DNA of 64,000 nucleotides from Phycisphaerales bacterium (GTDB taxonomy: Bacteria; Planctomycetota; Phycisphaerae; Phycisphaerales; UBA1924): the NCBI GenBank assembly GCA_020850415.1, contig JADZER010000010.1:77459-141458 (forward strand). Reading direction: 5' to 3'. The translations under genes were made by a program, and so were the position numbers. The notes below the pieces were generated by a model that was not told the origin of the DNA, did not search any database, and saw nothing but the letters and a program-made list of their open reading frames with translations. Numbering within the stretch: the first letter of the stretch is position 1; every line of letters starts with the position of its first letter. This document shows positions 38,639 through 48,887 of this stretch, in pieces.

Positions 38639-40836
38639 GTGCGGATGGCTCCAAGACCCGCTTGCCCCGACTCCGGAACACGAGCGAGGTGCTCGACAAG
38701 CACGCCGTATTCGTCGAGCGACACGACACCCTGACCCTGCGGCTCCTACCGCGGGACATATGGAAGCGCCTTGCCATGGAACGCCAGAAGGACCTCAGCA
38801 TCTTCCAGCCTGCGTTCATCGCTCCCTCCGCGCGGCGGGCCGTACTCCGGCTCTCGCCACAGGCGATGATGGGCAACCCCGTCATGTTCGTCGCCTGGCT
38901 CGGTGCGCTGGTCACCAGCGTCGAGTCCGTCCGCGTGATCGCGACCGGGGGCGAGGGCCTGGTCTTCGTGCTCGCGGTCACCATCTTCCTCTGGCTGACC
39001 GTGTGGTTCGCCAACTTCGCCGAGTCACTGGCCGAGGCCCGCGGGCGGGCCCAGGCGGACACCCTCCGCTCGGCCAGGCAGGATGTCATGGCCACCAAGC
39101 TCGCGTCGGCGGACCGCTCGGCGGCACGGTCCGAGGTCCCCGGTGGTTCGCTGCGCAAGGGCGATATCGTCATCGTCGAAGCCGGCGGGGTGATCCCCGC
39201 CGACGGCGAGATCATCGAGGGCGTGGCGTCGGTCGACGAATCGGCCGTCACCGGCGAGTCGGCCCCCGTGATCCGGGAGTCCGGCGGCGACCGGTCGGCG
39301 GTGACGGGCGGCACGCGGGTGCTCTCGGACTGGATCATCGTCACGGTTACCGCCGATCCGGGCGAGGCCTTCCTGGACCGCATGATCTCGATGGTTGAGG
39401 GCGCGACCCGCCAGAAGACCCCTAACGAGATCGCCCTGACCATCGTGCTCGCGGGCTTCACCCTCGCCTTCCTGCTGGTCTGCGTGACGCTCTACCCCAT
39501 CGGCGCCTACTTCGACACCCGGATCGATGTGGTGACGCTCGTGGCCCTGCTGGTGTGCCTGATCCCGACCACGATCGGCGCCCTGCTCAGCGCGATCGGC
39601 ATCGCCGGCATGACCCGCCTCGGGGCGAGCAATGTCGTGGCGATGTCCGGTCGGGCGGTCGAAGCGGCGGGTGATGTGGATGTGCTGCTGCTGGACAAGA
39701 CCGGCACGATCACGCTCGGAAACCGCCGGGCGACCGCGTTCGTGCCGGCGGCGGGCGTGGACGAGTCCGCGGTCGCGGAAGGAGCCCAGCTCGCGTCGCT
39801 GGCCGACGAAACGCCCGAGGGCCGGTCCATCGTGGTGCTCGCCAAGGAGAAGCATGGGCTGCGGGGGCGAGACCTGCAGCAGGAGGGCGCGCGGTTCATC
39901 CCGTTCTCCGCCGAGACGCGGATGTCCGGCGTTGATGTGCAGGGGCGCAAGATCCGCAAGGGGGCCCTCGAAGCGATCCGCGCGTTCATCGAGAGCCACG
40001 CCGGCACGCTCGACCCAGGCGTCGCCAGGGCGGCCGACGAGATTGCCGCCGCCGGGGGCACACCCCTGGTCGTCGCCGAGGTCGTCAACGGCACGGCCCG
40101 GGCGCTCGGGGTGGTTCACCTGAAGGACATCGTCAAGGGCGGGATCCGCGAGCGGTTCGCCGAGCTCCGCAAGATGGGCATCAAGACCGTCATGATCACC
40201 GGCGACAACCCCAAGACCGCCGCCGCGATCGCCGCCGAGGCCGGCGTGGACGACTTCCTCGCCGAGGCGACGCCCGAGGCCAAGCTCAGGCTCATCCGCG
40301 AGTACCAGGCCAAGGGGCACCTCGTCGCCATGACCGGCGATGGCACCAACGACGCCCCCGCCCTCGCCCAGGCCGATGTCGCCGTCGCCATGCAGACCGG
40401 CACGCAGGCCGCCAAGGAGGCCGGCAACATGGTGGACCTCGACTCTAACCCCACCAAGCTCATCGACATCGTGGGCGTGGGCAAGCAGATGCTCATGACC
40501 CGCGGCTCGCTGACGACCTTCTCGATCGCCAACGATGTCGCGAAGTACTTCGCCATCATCCCCGCGATCTTCGTGGTCGCCCTGCCGCAGCTCGCGCCGC
40601 TGAACATCATGGGGCTGGAGTCGCCCCGCTCGGCGATCCTGTCGGCGGTGATCTTCAACGCGATCGTGATCCCCGCCCTCATCCCCATCGCCATGCGGGG
40701 CGTGGAGTACAAGCCCGTCAGCGCCGACGCCCTGCTCCGGCGCAACCTGCTCATCTACGGGCTCGGCGGTCTCATCGTGCCGTTCCTCGGCATCAAGCTC
40801 ATCGACTTCGCCGTGGCCGGCATCGGCCTGGCGTAA
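38635..40836 (+). CDS. kdpB: K+-transporting P-type ATPase subunit B
   Basis: ATG at 38635 overlaps the kdpA stop (ATGA). P-type motifs are present: phosphorylation site [17 protein letters not shown], and hinge [17 protein letters not shown]. The track ORF 36958..40836 upstream of 38635 is out-of-frame overlap of kdpA. Confidence 0.95.
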   Translation: MSADGSKTRLPRLRNTSEVLDKHAVFVERHDTLTLRLLPRDIWKRLAMERQKDLSIFQPAFIAPSARRAVLRLSPQAMMGNPVMFVAWLGALVTSVESVRVIATGGEGLVFVLAVTIFLWLTVWFANFAESLAEARGRAQADTLRSARQDVMATKLASADRSAARSEVPGGSLRKGDIVIVEAGGVIPADGEIIEGVASVDESAVTGESAPVIRESGGDRSAVTGGTRVLSDWIIVTVTADPGEAFLDRMISMVEGATRQKTPNEIALTIVLAGFTLAFLLVCVTLYPIGAYFDTRIDVVTLVALLVCLIPTTIGALLSAIGIAGMTRLGASNVVAMSGRAVEAAGDVDVLLLDKTGTITLGNRRATAFVPAAGVDESAVAEGAQLASLADETPEGRSIVVLAKEKHGLRGRDLQQEGARFIPFSAETRMSGVDVQGRKIRKGALEAIRAFIESHAGTLDPGVARAADEIAAAGGTPLVVAEVVNGTARALGVVHLKDIVKGGIRERFAELRKMGIKTVMITGDNPKTAAAIAAEAGVDDFLAEATPEAKLRLIREYQAKGHLVAMTGDGTNDAPALAQADVAVAMQTGTQAAKEAGNMVDLDSNPTKLIDIVGVGKQMLMTRGSLTTFSIANDVAKYFAIIPAIFVVALPQLAPLNIMGLESPRSAILSAVIFNAIVIPALIPIAMRGVEYKPVSADALLRRNLLIYGLGGLIVPFLGIKLIDFAVAGIGLA

Positions 40837-41420
40837 TGACGAACGGAGTGGCCCCCATGCTCGCCGACCTCATTGCATCCCTGCGCATCGCGCTCGCTTC
40901 AATCCTCGTCTGCGTCGTCGGGTACGCCGGCGCCCTGCTCGGTGCGGCCTCCCTGCTCGCGCCCGAGAGCCGGCTCGGCCGGCTCCTCGAGATCGACGCC
41001 CAAGTCGTCGGCGCCCGGGACCTCGCCCAGGCGTTCACCCGCCCCGAGTACATCTGGCCACGCCCTTCCGCCGTGGACTACGCCGCGGATGCCACCGGCG
41101 GCAGCAACCTCTCCCCGGCCAATCCACAGATCCGCGAGCGGGCCGAGCCCCTGCTCGAGGCCCTCGGGGCCACGCCGGAGAACCCCGCCCCGGCCGAGCT
41201 CGTTCTCGCGTCGGGATCCGGCCTCGACCCGCACATCACCGAGGCCGCGGCCATCTTCCAGGCCGACCGAGTGGCCCGGGCTCGCGGCGTGACGCCCGGG
41301 GTTATCAGGGAGGCCATCGAGGCCCGGGCCCGGCCCATCGGCCCCGGGGACCCCGCCCGGGTCGTGAATGTCCTCTTGCTCAACATCGATCTCGACCGCA
41401 TCGCGCCCGCCGGGGATTGA
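40836..41420 (+). CDS. kdpC: K+-transporting ATPase subunit C
   Basis: A 194-aa protein with an N-terminal TM helix. KdpC motifs are present (FWPRPSA-like YIWPRPSAV, SGGSNLSPANP, ASGSGLDPHIT). The start overlaps the kdpB stop (TAATG). An alternative start lies at 40857. Confidence 0.9.
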   Translation: MTNGVAPMLADLIASLRIALASILVCVVGYAGALLGAASLLAPESRLGRLLEIDAQVVGARDLAQAFTRPEYIWPRPSAVDYAADATGGSNLSPANPQIRERAEPLLEALGATPENPAPAELVLASGSGLDPHITEAAAIFQADRVARARGVTPGVIREAIEARARPIGPGDPARVVNVLLLNIDLDRIAPAGD

Positions 41421-41453
41421 TCGGGCACAATAGCCAAGGCGAGATCGACTGCC

Positions 41454-44210
41454 ATGGACCAAACGACCTTCCAGCCCGACCGTGATCCCCGGGACGAACG
41501 CCCCGATCCGGACGCCCTGCTCGCCAGCGTGGGCGAGGAAGAGACACCGTCGAAGAAGGGACGCCTGAAGATCTTCTTCGGCTACTCCGCGGGGGTTGGC
41601 AAGACCTTCGCCATGCTCTCCGCCGCTCGCGCGCTGGAGATGAAGCGGGGCGATGTGCTGGTCGGGTACATCGAGCCGCACGCACGCCCAGAGACCGAAG
41701 CGCTCCTCCTCGGCCTCGACATCCTGGCGTTCAAGGCGGTGAGCTACCGGGGCATCACGCTCCGCGAGTTGGACCTGGACGCCGCTCTCGCCCGCAAGCC
41801 GAAGCTCGTGCTGGTGGACGAGCTGGCCCACACCAACGCCGAGGGTTGCCGCCACGCGAAGCGCTGGCAGGATGTGCTCGAGCTCCTGGACGCCGGCATC
41901 GATGTCTATACGACCGTGAATGTCCAGCACATCGAGAGCCTGAACGATGTCGTCGGCAAGATCTCCGGCACCGCGGTCCGGGAGACCGTGCCGGATTCGG
42001 TGTTCGATCAGGCGAGCGACATCGAGCTCGTCGACCTCCCGCCCCACGAGCTGCTGGAGCGATTCTCCGAGGGCAAGGTGTATGTGCCCGAGCAGGCCCG
42101 GCGGGCGGCCGACCGGTTCTTCCGCAAGGAGACGCTGGTCGCCCTGCGAGAGCTGGCCCTCCGCAAGACCGCCGAGGTCGTCAACCGCCAGGTCGAGGCG
42201 GGACGCCGGGCGCTCCCGTCGAAGCCGATCTGGGCGACCCGCGAGCGGCTGATGGTGGCCGTCGGCCCCAGCCCGACCTCCGCCCGCCTGATCCGGGCCA
42301 CGCGACGGATGGCGACGGAGGTACGGGCGCCCTGGCACGCCGTCGCCGTGGAGCGGCCGTCCGCGGGGGCGATGCCGCTGCATGTCCGCGCCCACCTCGA
42401 TGAGAACCTCCGGCTTGCGCAGAGCCTCGGGGCGGAGGTGACAACGCTGCACGGCGAGAGGGTGCCCGATGCGCTGCTCGACTTCGCCCGCGACCGGGGC
42501 GTGACACGCCTCGTGGTCGGAAAGACGGCCGAGCCGCGATGGAAGCAGCTCCTCGGAGTGTCGATCGTTGACCGAATCGTCCGCCGATCCGGGGACCTGG
42601 AAGTGCTGGTGATCCGAGGCGATCCGGAGACCCCGCCGCCGAGGGTGGAGAACCCTCAGCACGGACGCGCACTCCCGCCCAAGGGCGAAGCCCGCCTCGC
42701 CCAGATGCTGACCGTCGGCCCCGCCCTCGCGATCGCGCTCCTGGTCGCCCTGGGCATGCGGGCGCTCGGGATCACCGAGCCCAACATCATCATGGTGTTC
42801 CTCTTGGCGGTCGTCATCGTGGCGTATGTCGCGGGCCGCATCGCGGCCTCGGCCCTCGCGGTCCTGTCCGTGCTGGCGTTCAACTTCTGCTTCACCCAGC
42901 CGCGCTACACCTTCGTCGTCTACGACCTCCAGTACCTGCTCACATTCGCGATCATGCTCGTCGTCGGACTGGTCGTCAGCGGGCTGGTCGGCCGCGTCCG
43001 ATCGCAGGCGGACGCCGCGACCCAGCGGGCAGACGCCAACGAGGTGCTCCACCGCGTGAGCAGCCAGCTCGCGACGACGACCGGTCGTCACCAGGTCGGT
43101 GTCGGACTGCTCTCCCTCCTCGACGACCGTCTGAAGCTCGACGCGGTCGTGTTCCTCCGTGAGGGAGACACCATCGGTCCCGGCATGGGGGACGCCGCAC
43201 TCATGGCAGCGCCCAACGAGCGTGCCGTGGCGACATGGGTGTTGGAGCACGCCACGCAGGCCGGGACCGGCACGGCCACGCTCCCCCACGCCGCGGCCTG
43301 GTACCTGCCCCTGTCCCCCACCGAGGGCGAGACGGTCGGCGTGCTCGGCGTCAGAACGAGGCAGGGAACGCTCGACTTCGGCTCGCGCCGACTGCTGCAC
43401 TCCATCGCCACCATCGCGGCCCAGGCCATCGAGCGCGAGAACCTCGTCGAGCGAGCAAGGGCCGCGTCGGTCGAGGCCGAGTCGGAGCGACTGCGCTCCG
43501 ACCTGCTCTCCGCCGTCTCGCACGACATGCGGACGCCGCTCGCCACCATCGGGGGAGCGGCCTCCACCATCCTCCATTCGGCCCAGGGTGACATCGGCGA
43601 GCGCGACCGCGCCCTGCTCCACGACATCTCCGACGAGGCCGAGCGGCTGTCCCGGCTCGTGGACAACCTCCTCCAGATGGGCAGGCTCGATGAGCGCCGC
43701 GAGACCATCGCCGCGGAGTGGTTCCCCATAGATGAGATCGTCGATGCCGCGTTGCGTCAGGTCCGCCGCCAAGACCAACCCGAGCGGATCCGCGTCGAGC
43801 TCCCGGACGAGCCGGTGCTCGTCTTCGCCGATTCGACCCTGCTCACGCAGCTGCTCTTCAATCTCTTTGACAACGCGCTCCGGTACGCCGGCGAGGGGGA
43901 GATTACGGTTCGGGCCGCGCAGGTCGGGCGCGCCACCCGCGTCGAGGTGCTCGACCGCGGCCTCGGGCTCGGCGACGAACCCGCCAAGCTCTTCGATCGA
44001 TTCGTCCGCGGCACAGCGCAGACCGGACGCGGCGTCGGCCTGGGTCTGGCGATCTGCCGGGCGATCACCGAAGCCCATGGAGGTTCCATCGAGGCCCGCA
44101 ACCGCGCCGACGGCGGCGCGCAGTTCGTCGCCTCGCTCCCCTACCCCAAGAACGCCGAGCCCCCTTCAATCCACGGCGAAGGCGCCACCACCGAAACCGA
44201 CAAGCCGTGA
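41454..44210 (+). CDS. kdpD: Sensor histidine kinase KdpD
   Basis: Contains the N-terminal KdpD domain (GRLKIFFGYSAGVGKTFAML), a USP-like region, four TM helices, the H-box SAVSHDMRTPL, and N/G boxes (FDNALRY, GVGLGLAICRAI). Confidence 0.93.
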   Translation: MDQTTFQPDRDPRDERPDPDALLASVGEEETPSKKGRLKIFFGYSAGVGKTFAMLSAARALEMKRGDVLVGYIEPHARPETEALLLGLDILAFKAVSYRGITLRELDLDAALARKPKLVLVDELAHTNAEGCRHAKRWQDVLELLDAGIDVYTTVNVQHIESLNDVVGKISGTAVRETVPDSVFDQASDIELVDLPPHELLERFSEGKVYVPEQARRAADRFFRKETLVALRELALRKTAEVVNRQVEAGRRALPSKPIWATRERLMVAVGPSPTSARLIRATRRMATEVRAPWHAVAVERPSAGAMPLHVRAHLDENLRLAQSLGAEVTTLHGERVPDALLDFARDRGVTRLVVGKTAEPRWKQLLGVSIVDRIVRRSGDLEVLVIRGDPETPPPRVENPQHGRALPPKGEARLAQMLTVGPALAIALLVALGMRALGITEPNIIMVFLLAVVIVAYVAGRIAASALAVLSVLAFNFCFTQPRYTFVVYDLQYLLTFAIMLVVGLVVSGLVGRVRSQADAATQRADANEVLHRVSSQLATTTGRHQVGVGLLSLLDDRLKLDAVVFLREGDTIGPGMGDAALMAAPNERAVATWVLEHATQAGTGTATLPHAAAWYLPLSPTEGETVGVLGVRTRQGTLDFGSRRLLHSIATIAAQAIERENLVERARAASVEAESERLRSDLLSAVSHDMRTPLATIGGAASTILHSAQGDIGERDRALLHDISDEAERLSRLVDNLLQMGRLDERRETIAAEWFPIDEIVDAALRQVRRQDQPERIRVELPDEPVLVFADSTLLTQLLFNLFDNALRYAGEGEITVRAAQVGRATRVEVLDRGLGLGDEPAKLFDRFVRGTAQTGRGVGLGLAICRAITEAHGGSIEARNRADGGAQFVASLPYPKNAEPPSIHGEGATTETDKP

Positions 44211-44908
44211 CAGACCCCTCCCCCACAGTCCTGATCGTCGAAGACGAGCGAGCCATCCGCCGATTCCTGCGGCCCGCGCTCGAGGGCGAGGGATACCGAG
44301 TCCTCGAAGCCGACGACCAGCGCTCCGGGCTCGGCATGGCCTCCAGCCACACGCCCGACCTCATCATCCTCGACCTCGGGCTCCCCGATCGCGACGGCCT
44401 GGAGCTGATCCGGGCGGTGCGGGAATGGTCATCCATGCCGATCATCATCGTCTCCGCCCGCGGCCAGGACGCGGACAAGGTCAAGGCTCTCGACCTCGGC
44501 GCCGACGACTACCTCACCAAGCCGTTCAGCGTGCAGGAACTCCTGGCCCGCGTTCGAGCGGCCCTCCGGCGCAGCGCGGCCGTCCGCGATGCCGCGGACG
44601 GCTCGCCCGTCTTCGCGGTGGGGAGCCTCACGATCGACCTTGCCAAACGCCGAGTCACGCTCGCGGCCGAGCCCGTGACACTGACCCCGCTGGAGTTCAA
44701 GCTGCTCGCCGAACTCGCGAAGCACCCCGGCCGCGTGCTGACCCACAAAGCGCTCCTGGACGCCGTCTGGGGCCCCAGCCGATCGAAGGAACCCCACCTC
44801 GTACGCGTCCACATGGCCAACCTGCGCCGGAAGCTGGAAGCCGATACCACCAGGCCCCGGTACCTGCTGACCGAGCCCACGGTCGGCTACCGACTGGCGG
44901 ACGCCTGA
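44207..44908 (+). CDS. kdpE: OmpR-family response regulator KdpE
   Basis: GTG overlaps the kdpD stop (GTGA). The receiver domain has LIILDLGLPDRDG. A winged-helix output domain follows (LTPLEFKLLAELAKHPGRVLTH..VGYRL). Confidence 0.92.
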   Translation: MTDPSPTVLIVEDERAIRRFLRPALEGEGYRVLEADDQRSGLGMASSHTPDLIILDLGLPDRDGLELIRAVREWSSMPIIIVSARGQDADKVKALDLGADDYLTKPFSVQELLARVRAALRRSAAVRDAADGSPVFAVGSLTIDLAKRRVTLAAEPVTLTPLEFKLLAELAKHPGRVLTHKALLDAVWGPSRSKEPHLVRVHMANLRRKLEADTTRPRYLLTEPTVGYRLADA

Positions 44909-45317
44909 CGAGCAACGGGGGCCGACCCCTCCCCGCCAAGCCGCAACCACCACGGCGCGCCGGCCAGGGCGCCCCCGGGGCACTCAACGAGGTCGTCGTG
45001 CCCCTGGCGGGGCGAGTGACCGACCGGGCGAAGCCCCCGGCCCCCGCGCCAGCGGCCTCTGCGGGTGGCCTACCGGGGTGCTGGTCCGGCTCCCCGACGC
45101 TCGCGCGGGGGCCTGAGCAACCCCGGTTGCGTGGGTTCGCAGGACCGGGCCATCAGGAATGGTCAGCCAGCCGACCGCGTGGTCGGGCCGCAGGTCTCTG
45201 GCGTTGGGATCTCGTGGAACCCCCCGTCCCACCGTGGATCGCGGTGCGCGATAGACTCTCCCCTTGGGGGCACTGTCGCTGGACGGGGGCGCCGGTGTCG
45301 CGTCAGGAGGGACCACG

Positions 45318-47801
45318 GTGAGCGCGGATGGATGCCTGACCGCCGAGGCCCTCGAGGCGCTCGCAAAGGGAAGCGACCCGGACGGCGGAGCCCAGCGGCA
45401 TGTCGATGCCTGCGCCGCCTGTCGTGCCACGCTCGACGAGATCAGGGAGATCAACCGCTTCCTGGCCCGGTTCGCACCCGGCGGGGATCCAGGGCCCCCG
45501 CCGCCGGACGCGCCCTCCGAACAAGCCCCGCCGCCCGACCTCGTCCCCGGCTACGAGATCCTTGGAGAGATCCACCGCGGGGGCCAGGGGATCGTCTACC
45601 GGGCCCTGCAGCGCGAGACGCGGCGCACCGTCGCGATCAAGATGCTGCTGGCCGGGTCGCGGGCCTCGCCCCGCCAGCGGGAGCGGTTCGAGCGCGAGCT
45701 TCAGCTCGCAGCCGCGCTCCGACACCCCAACATCGTCACCGTCTACGACGGCGGGTATGTCGCCGGCGGGCGCTACGCCTTCGCCATGGAGCTCGTCGAG
45801 GGGCTGCGTCTCGACGAGTGGTCCCGGTCGCTGGATCATCTGCCGGGGCGCGACGCCCGGCGCAGGGCGCTGCGCGAGCGACTTGGCCTGATGATGAAGG
45901 TCTGCGACGCGGTGCTCTGCGCGCACCAGCATGCGGTCGTCCACCGCGACCTCAAACCCGCGAACATCCTGGTGGACGGCGCGGGGGAGCCGCACATCCT
46001 GGATTTCGGGATCGCCCGGAGCATCGCGCCCGAGGATCGACCGCGCCTGACCCTCACCGGAGAGTTCGCCGGAACCCTCGCCTACGCCTCTCCCGAGCAG
46101 GTCTCGGGGGACCCTGACCGTGTGGGCACCCCCACCGACATCTACTCGCTCGGTGTCCTCATGTATCAGGTCGTGAGTGGGCGCATGCCCTACCCGGTGG
46201 ACGGCCCTATCTCGCAGGCGGTGCGCAACATCGAGTCCGCCGAGCCGGCCCCGCTCCTCGGGCGGACCGCGACCGCCGACGGCCCCTTCGTCGATGGTGA
46301 GGTGTCCACGATCATCCTCAAGGCGATGGCAAAGGACCCGGCACGCCGTTACCAGACCGTCGCGGGTTTGCGCAACGACATCGCGAGATACCTGAGCGGC
46401 GAGCCCATCGAGGCGCGGGGCGATAGTACTTGGTACATCCTCCGCAAGTCCGCGCGCCGCTACCGCCTCGCGCTCGCAACGCTCGCGCTGGTCTTTCTCC
46501 TCGTCGCGGGCTTCGGCGCCGCGATGGCCTGGCAGGCGCACCGCATCGGTGTCGAGAGGGATGCCGCGGCCGCCGAGAGCGAGCGCGCCAGATCCGTCAC
46601 GGAGTTCGTCGTCAGCTCGCTCGTCTCTCAGGACCCTCACCAGGGCGGGACGCAGGACATGTCCGTCGCCGGTGCGATGATGCAGACGCTCGAGGGGCTC
46701 CGCAGCGGAGACCTCGACGCCCAGCCGGAGACCAGGGCGTTGCTCCTCCGCACCATCGCCCTGATCCTCGACGGAAACGGCCGCAGCGTCGACGCCGAGG
46801 CCCCCGCCCGTGAAGCGCTCGAGATCGAGCAGGGGCTCCACCCCGGCCCCGACGCCCATGTCGCCGAGAGCCTCGAGGCGCTGGGCGCGGTGCTCGAATC
46901 GCTCGGGCGTGTGCAGGAGGCCGAGCCCCTGTACGCCGAAGCCCTGGATATGCGCCGCCGCACGCTCGACGAGAGCGATCCGCAGATCGCCTCAAGCATC
47001 AACAGCCTCGCCGGTGTGCTCGATGCGCTCGGCGACACGGACTCGGCCGAGGCGTTGTATGTGGAGGCCCTCGCGGCGGTGCGCCGTGCCTTCAAGGGAG
47101 ACCACCCCTTCGTCGCCAACGCCCTGAATAATCTCGCATACATCCGACAGGCACGGGGCAGCGGAGAAGAGTCGCGCCGGCTCTACAAGGAATCGCTCGA
47201 CATGACCCGCCGGCTCTACCCCGGGAACCACCCGGAGATCGCGGACAGCCTCAATAACCTCGCCCACACCCTCCAGATGCTGGAGTGCTTCGACGAGGCC
47301 GAGCCGTTGTTCCTCGAATCCCTTGAGATGAACCAGGCCCTCTTCGCCGGGGACCACCCGAGCATCGCAGACAGCCTCAACAACCTGGGCCACCTCCGCT
47401 ACGAGACCGGCCGGCGCGAGGAGGCCGAAGAGCTGATCGGGCAGGCTCTTGAGATGAACAAACGCCTCTTCCCCGGCGATCACCCCGGAATCGCCACCAA
47501 CCTCAACAACCTCGCGTATGTGGAGGCAGGCCTCGGGCGCGCCCCCGCCGCCGAGCCCCACTACATCGAGGCCATTGCTATGTACCAACGCCTCTACGGC
47601 GAAGAGCACCCCGATACCGTGAGCTGCAGGGCGAACTACGCCCGCTGCCTCCACGCTCTCGGGCGCAAGGGGGAAGCCATGTCTGAGGCGACCAGTGCCC
47701 TGGAGGTGGCGGTGCGGACGCTGGAAGCAGACCACCCGACCCGTCTGAAGTGCGAGGAAGTAGTCGCCGAGCTGGGCCGAGCGGGGGCGGATGGGGAGTG
47801 A
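45318..47801 (+). CDS. Ser/Thr protein kinase with TM helix and C-terminal TPR repeats
   Basis: AGGAGG lies 7 nt before GTG 45318. There is an N-terminal Cys/His motif HVDACAACRATL. Kinase motifs are present (VVHRDLKPANILV, DFG, SPE), plus a TM helix (LALATLALVFLLVAGFGAAMAW). At least 7 TPR-like units carry a recurring LNNLA/LNNLG motif. Confidence 0.88.
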   Translation: MSADGCLTAEALEALAKGSDPDGGAQRHVDACAACRATLDEIREINRFLARFAPGGDPGPPPPDAPSEQAPPPDLVPGYEILGEIHRGGQGIVYRALQRETRRTVAIKMLLAGSRASPRQRERFERELQLAAALRHPNIVTVYDGGYVAGGRYAFAMELVEGLRLDEWSRSLDHLPGRDARRRALRERLGLMMKVCDAVLCAHQHAVVHRDLKPANILVDGAGEPHILDFGIARSIAPEDRPRLTLTGEFAGTLAYASPEQVSGDPDRVGTPTDIYSLGVLMYQVVSGRMPYPVDGPISQAVRNIESAEPAPLLGRTATADGPFVDGEVSTIILKAMAKDPARRYQTVAGLRNDIARYLSGEPIEARGDSTWYILRKSARRYRLALATLALVFLLVAGFGAAMAWQAHRIGVERDAAAAESERARSVTEFVVSSLVSQDPHQGGTQDMSVAGAMMQTLEGLRSGDLDAQPETRALLLRTIALILDGNGRSVDAEAPAREALEIEQGLHPGPDAHVAESLEALGAVLESLGRVQEAEPLYAEALDMRRRTLDESDPQIASSINSLAGVLDALGDTDSAEALYVEALAAVRRAFKGDHPFVANALNNLAYIRQARGSGEESRRLYKESLDMTRRLYPGNHPEIADSLNNLAHTLQMLECFDEAEPLFLESLEMNQALFAGDHPSIADSLNNLGHLRYETGRREEAEELIGQALEMNKRLFPGDHPGIATNLNNLAYVEAGLGRAPAAEPHYIEAIAMYQRLYGEEHPDTVSCRANYARCLHALGRKGEAMSEATSALEVAVRTLEADHPTRLKCEEVVAELGRAGADGE

Positions 47802-48185
47802 GGACGGCTCCCCGCGGCCCCTATTGGACTCAGCCCGCCCGACGCGACGCGGCGAGCAACGCCATGCGCCGAGCTGGACGACCGGCCGGTCCCGAGGATC
47901 GAGGGGCCGACGGGGCCGCGGCGTCCTCGGGCGAGTCGTCCTCGCGGTCGCCACCAGGAGCGGCGCCGCCGAGGCCGCCCGGGGCTGCCCGTCCTGCGGG
48001 CCTTGATGTCCGGGGCAGGCAGCGTACAGTTGCCCAGTCAGGGAAGTCTTGATCTCAGCCGGGCGATGTCCGAGAGCCCATCGTTCGGCCGACTGCGTGT
48101 GCCCGCGGCAGCGGAACTGCGGACAGGATCCAGCGGTTCCGACTGCAACTCGGGCAGGGCGGCCGCTCTGGGGATCGAGGCGAAG

Positions 48186-48881
48186 ATGCAGCTCGGAGTC
48201 CGGGATGTCGCGTCCCAGTTCGGCGTGTCGGACAAGGTGGTTCTCCGGTGGGTCGACGAAGAGGGCCTGCCGGCGTCGAAGGTGGACGGGCAGTACCGCT
48301 TCAACCCGTCGGCCCTGTTCGAATGGGCCACCGGCCGGGGCATGCAGGTCCCGCCCGCGCTCTTCCGCGAGCCGCAGAACGGAGACCGCGAGGTCCTGCC
48401 GGACCTGGTTGATGCACTCCGCGCCGGTGGTGTGGTGCGAGACATCCCGGGGACCGACAAACGGTCGGTGCTGGCGGCGCTGATCGGGCACCTGCAGCTC
48501 CCCCGGAATGTCGACCGGGACGGGCTGCTGCAGATCGTCATGGCCCGGGAGCAGCTCGGCTCGACCGGGATCGGCGAGGGGATCGCGATCCCCCATGTGC
48601 GGAACCCGATCGTGCTCCGCGTGCCCAAGCCGATGCTCCTGCTCGGACTGCTTCAACAACCGATCGACTACGGGGCCGTCGACCGCAACCCGGTCCATTC
48701 GCTGTTCCTGGTCATCACCCCGACGACACGCTCCCACCTGCACATCCTCTCCCGGCTTGGGTACATCCTGCAGGACCGTGGCATCCGTGAATTGCTCAAG
48801 AGCCGCGCCCCCTCGGAGCAGTTGCTGGGCGCGATGGCGGCGGTCGAGTCGAAGATCCCTCACTCTGCCAAGACTGGATGA
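48186..48881 (+). CDS. HTH (excisionase/MerR-like) + PTS EIIA type-2 (PtsN-like) fusion regulator
   Basis: The N-terminal LGVRDVASQFGVSDKVVLRWVDEEGLPASKVDGQYRF is HTH-like. The C-terminal EIIA-2 fold carries GEGIAIPHVR (candidate phosphorylatable His). It stops 7 nt before the first gene of the Hyf-like cluster. Confidence 0.8.
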   Translation: MQLGVRDVASQFGVSDKVVLRWVDEEGLPASKVDGQYRFNPSALFEWATGRGMQVPPALFREPQNGDREVLPDLVDALRAGGVVRDIPGTDKRSVLAALIGHLQLPRNVDRDGLLQIVMAREQLGSTGIGEGIAIPHVRNPIVLRVPKPMLLLGLLQQPIDYGAVDRNPVHSLFLVITPTTRSHLHILSRLGYILQDRGIRELLKSRAPSEQLLGAMAAVESKIPHSAKTG

Positions 48882-48887
48882 ACCGAC

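Noticed and set aside
48011-48034. A sigma-54 type -24/-12 promoter (GGCAG..N..TTGC) upstream of the PtsN-like regulator
   Set aside because: The spacing between the GG and GC dinucleotides is 2 nt longer than the TGGCAC-N5-TTGC consensus allows, so it is probably a chance match.
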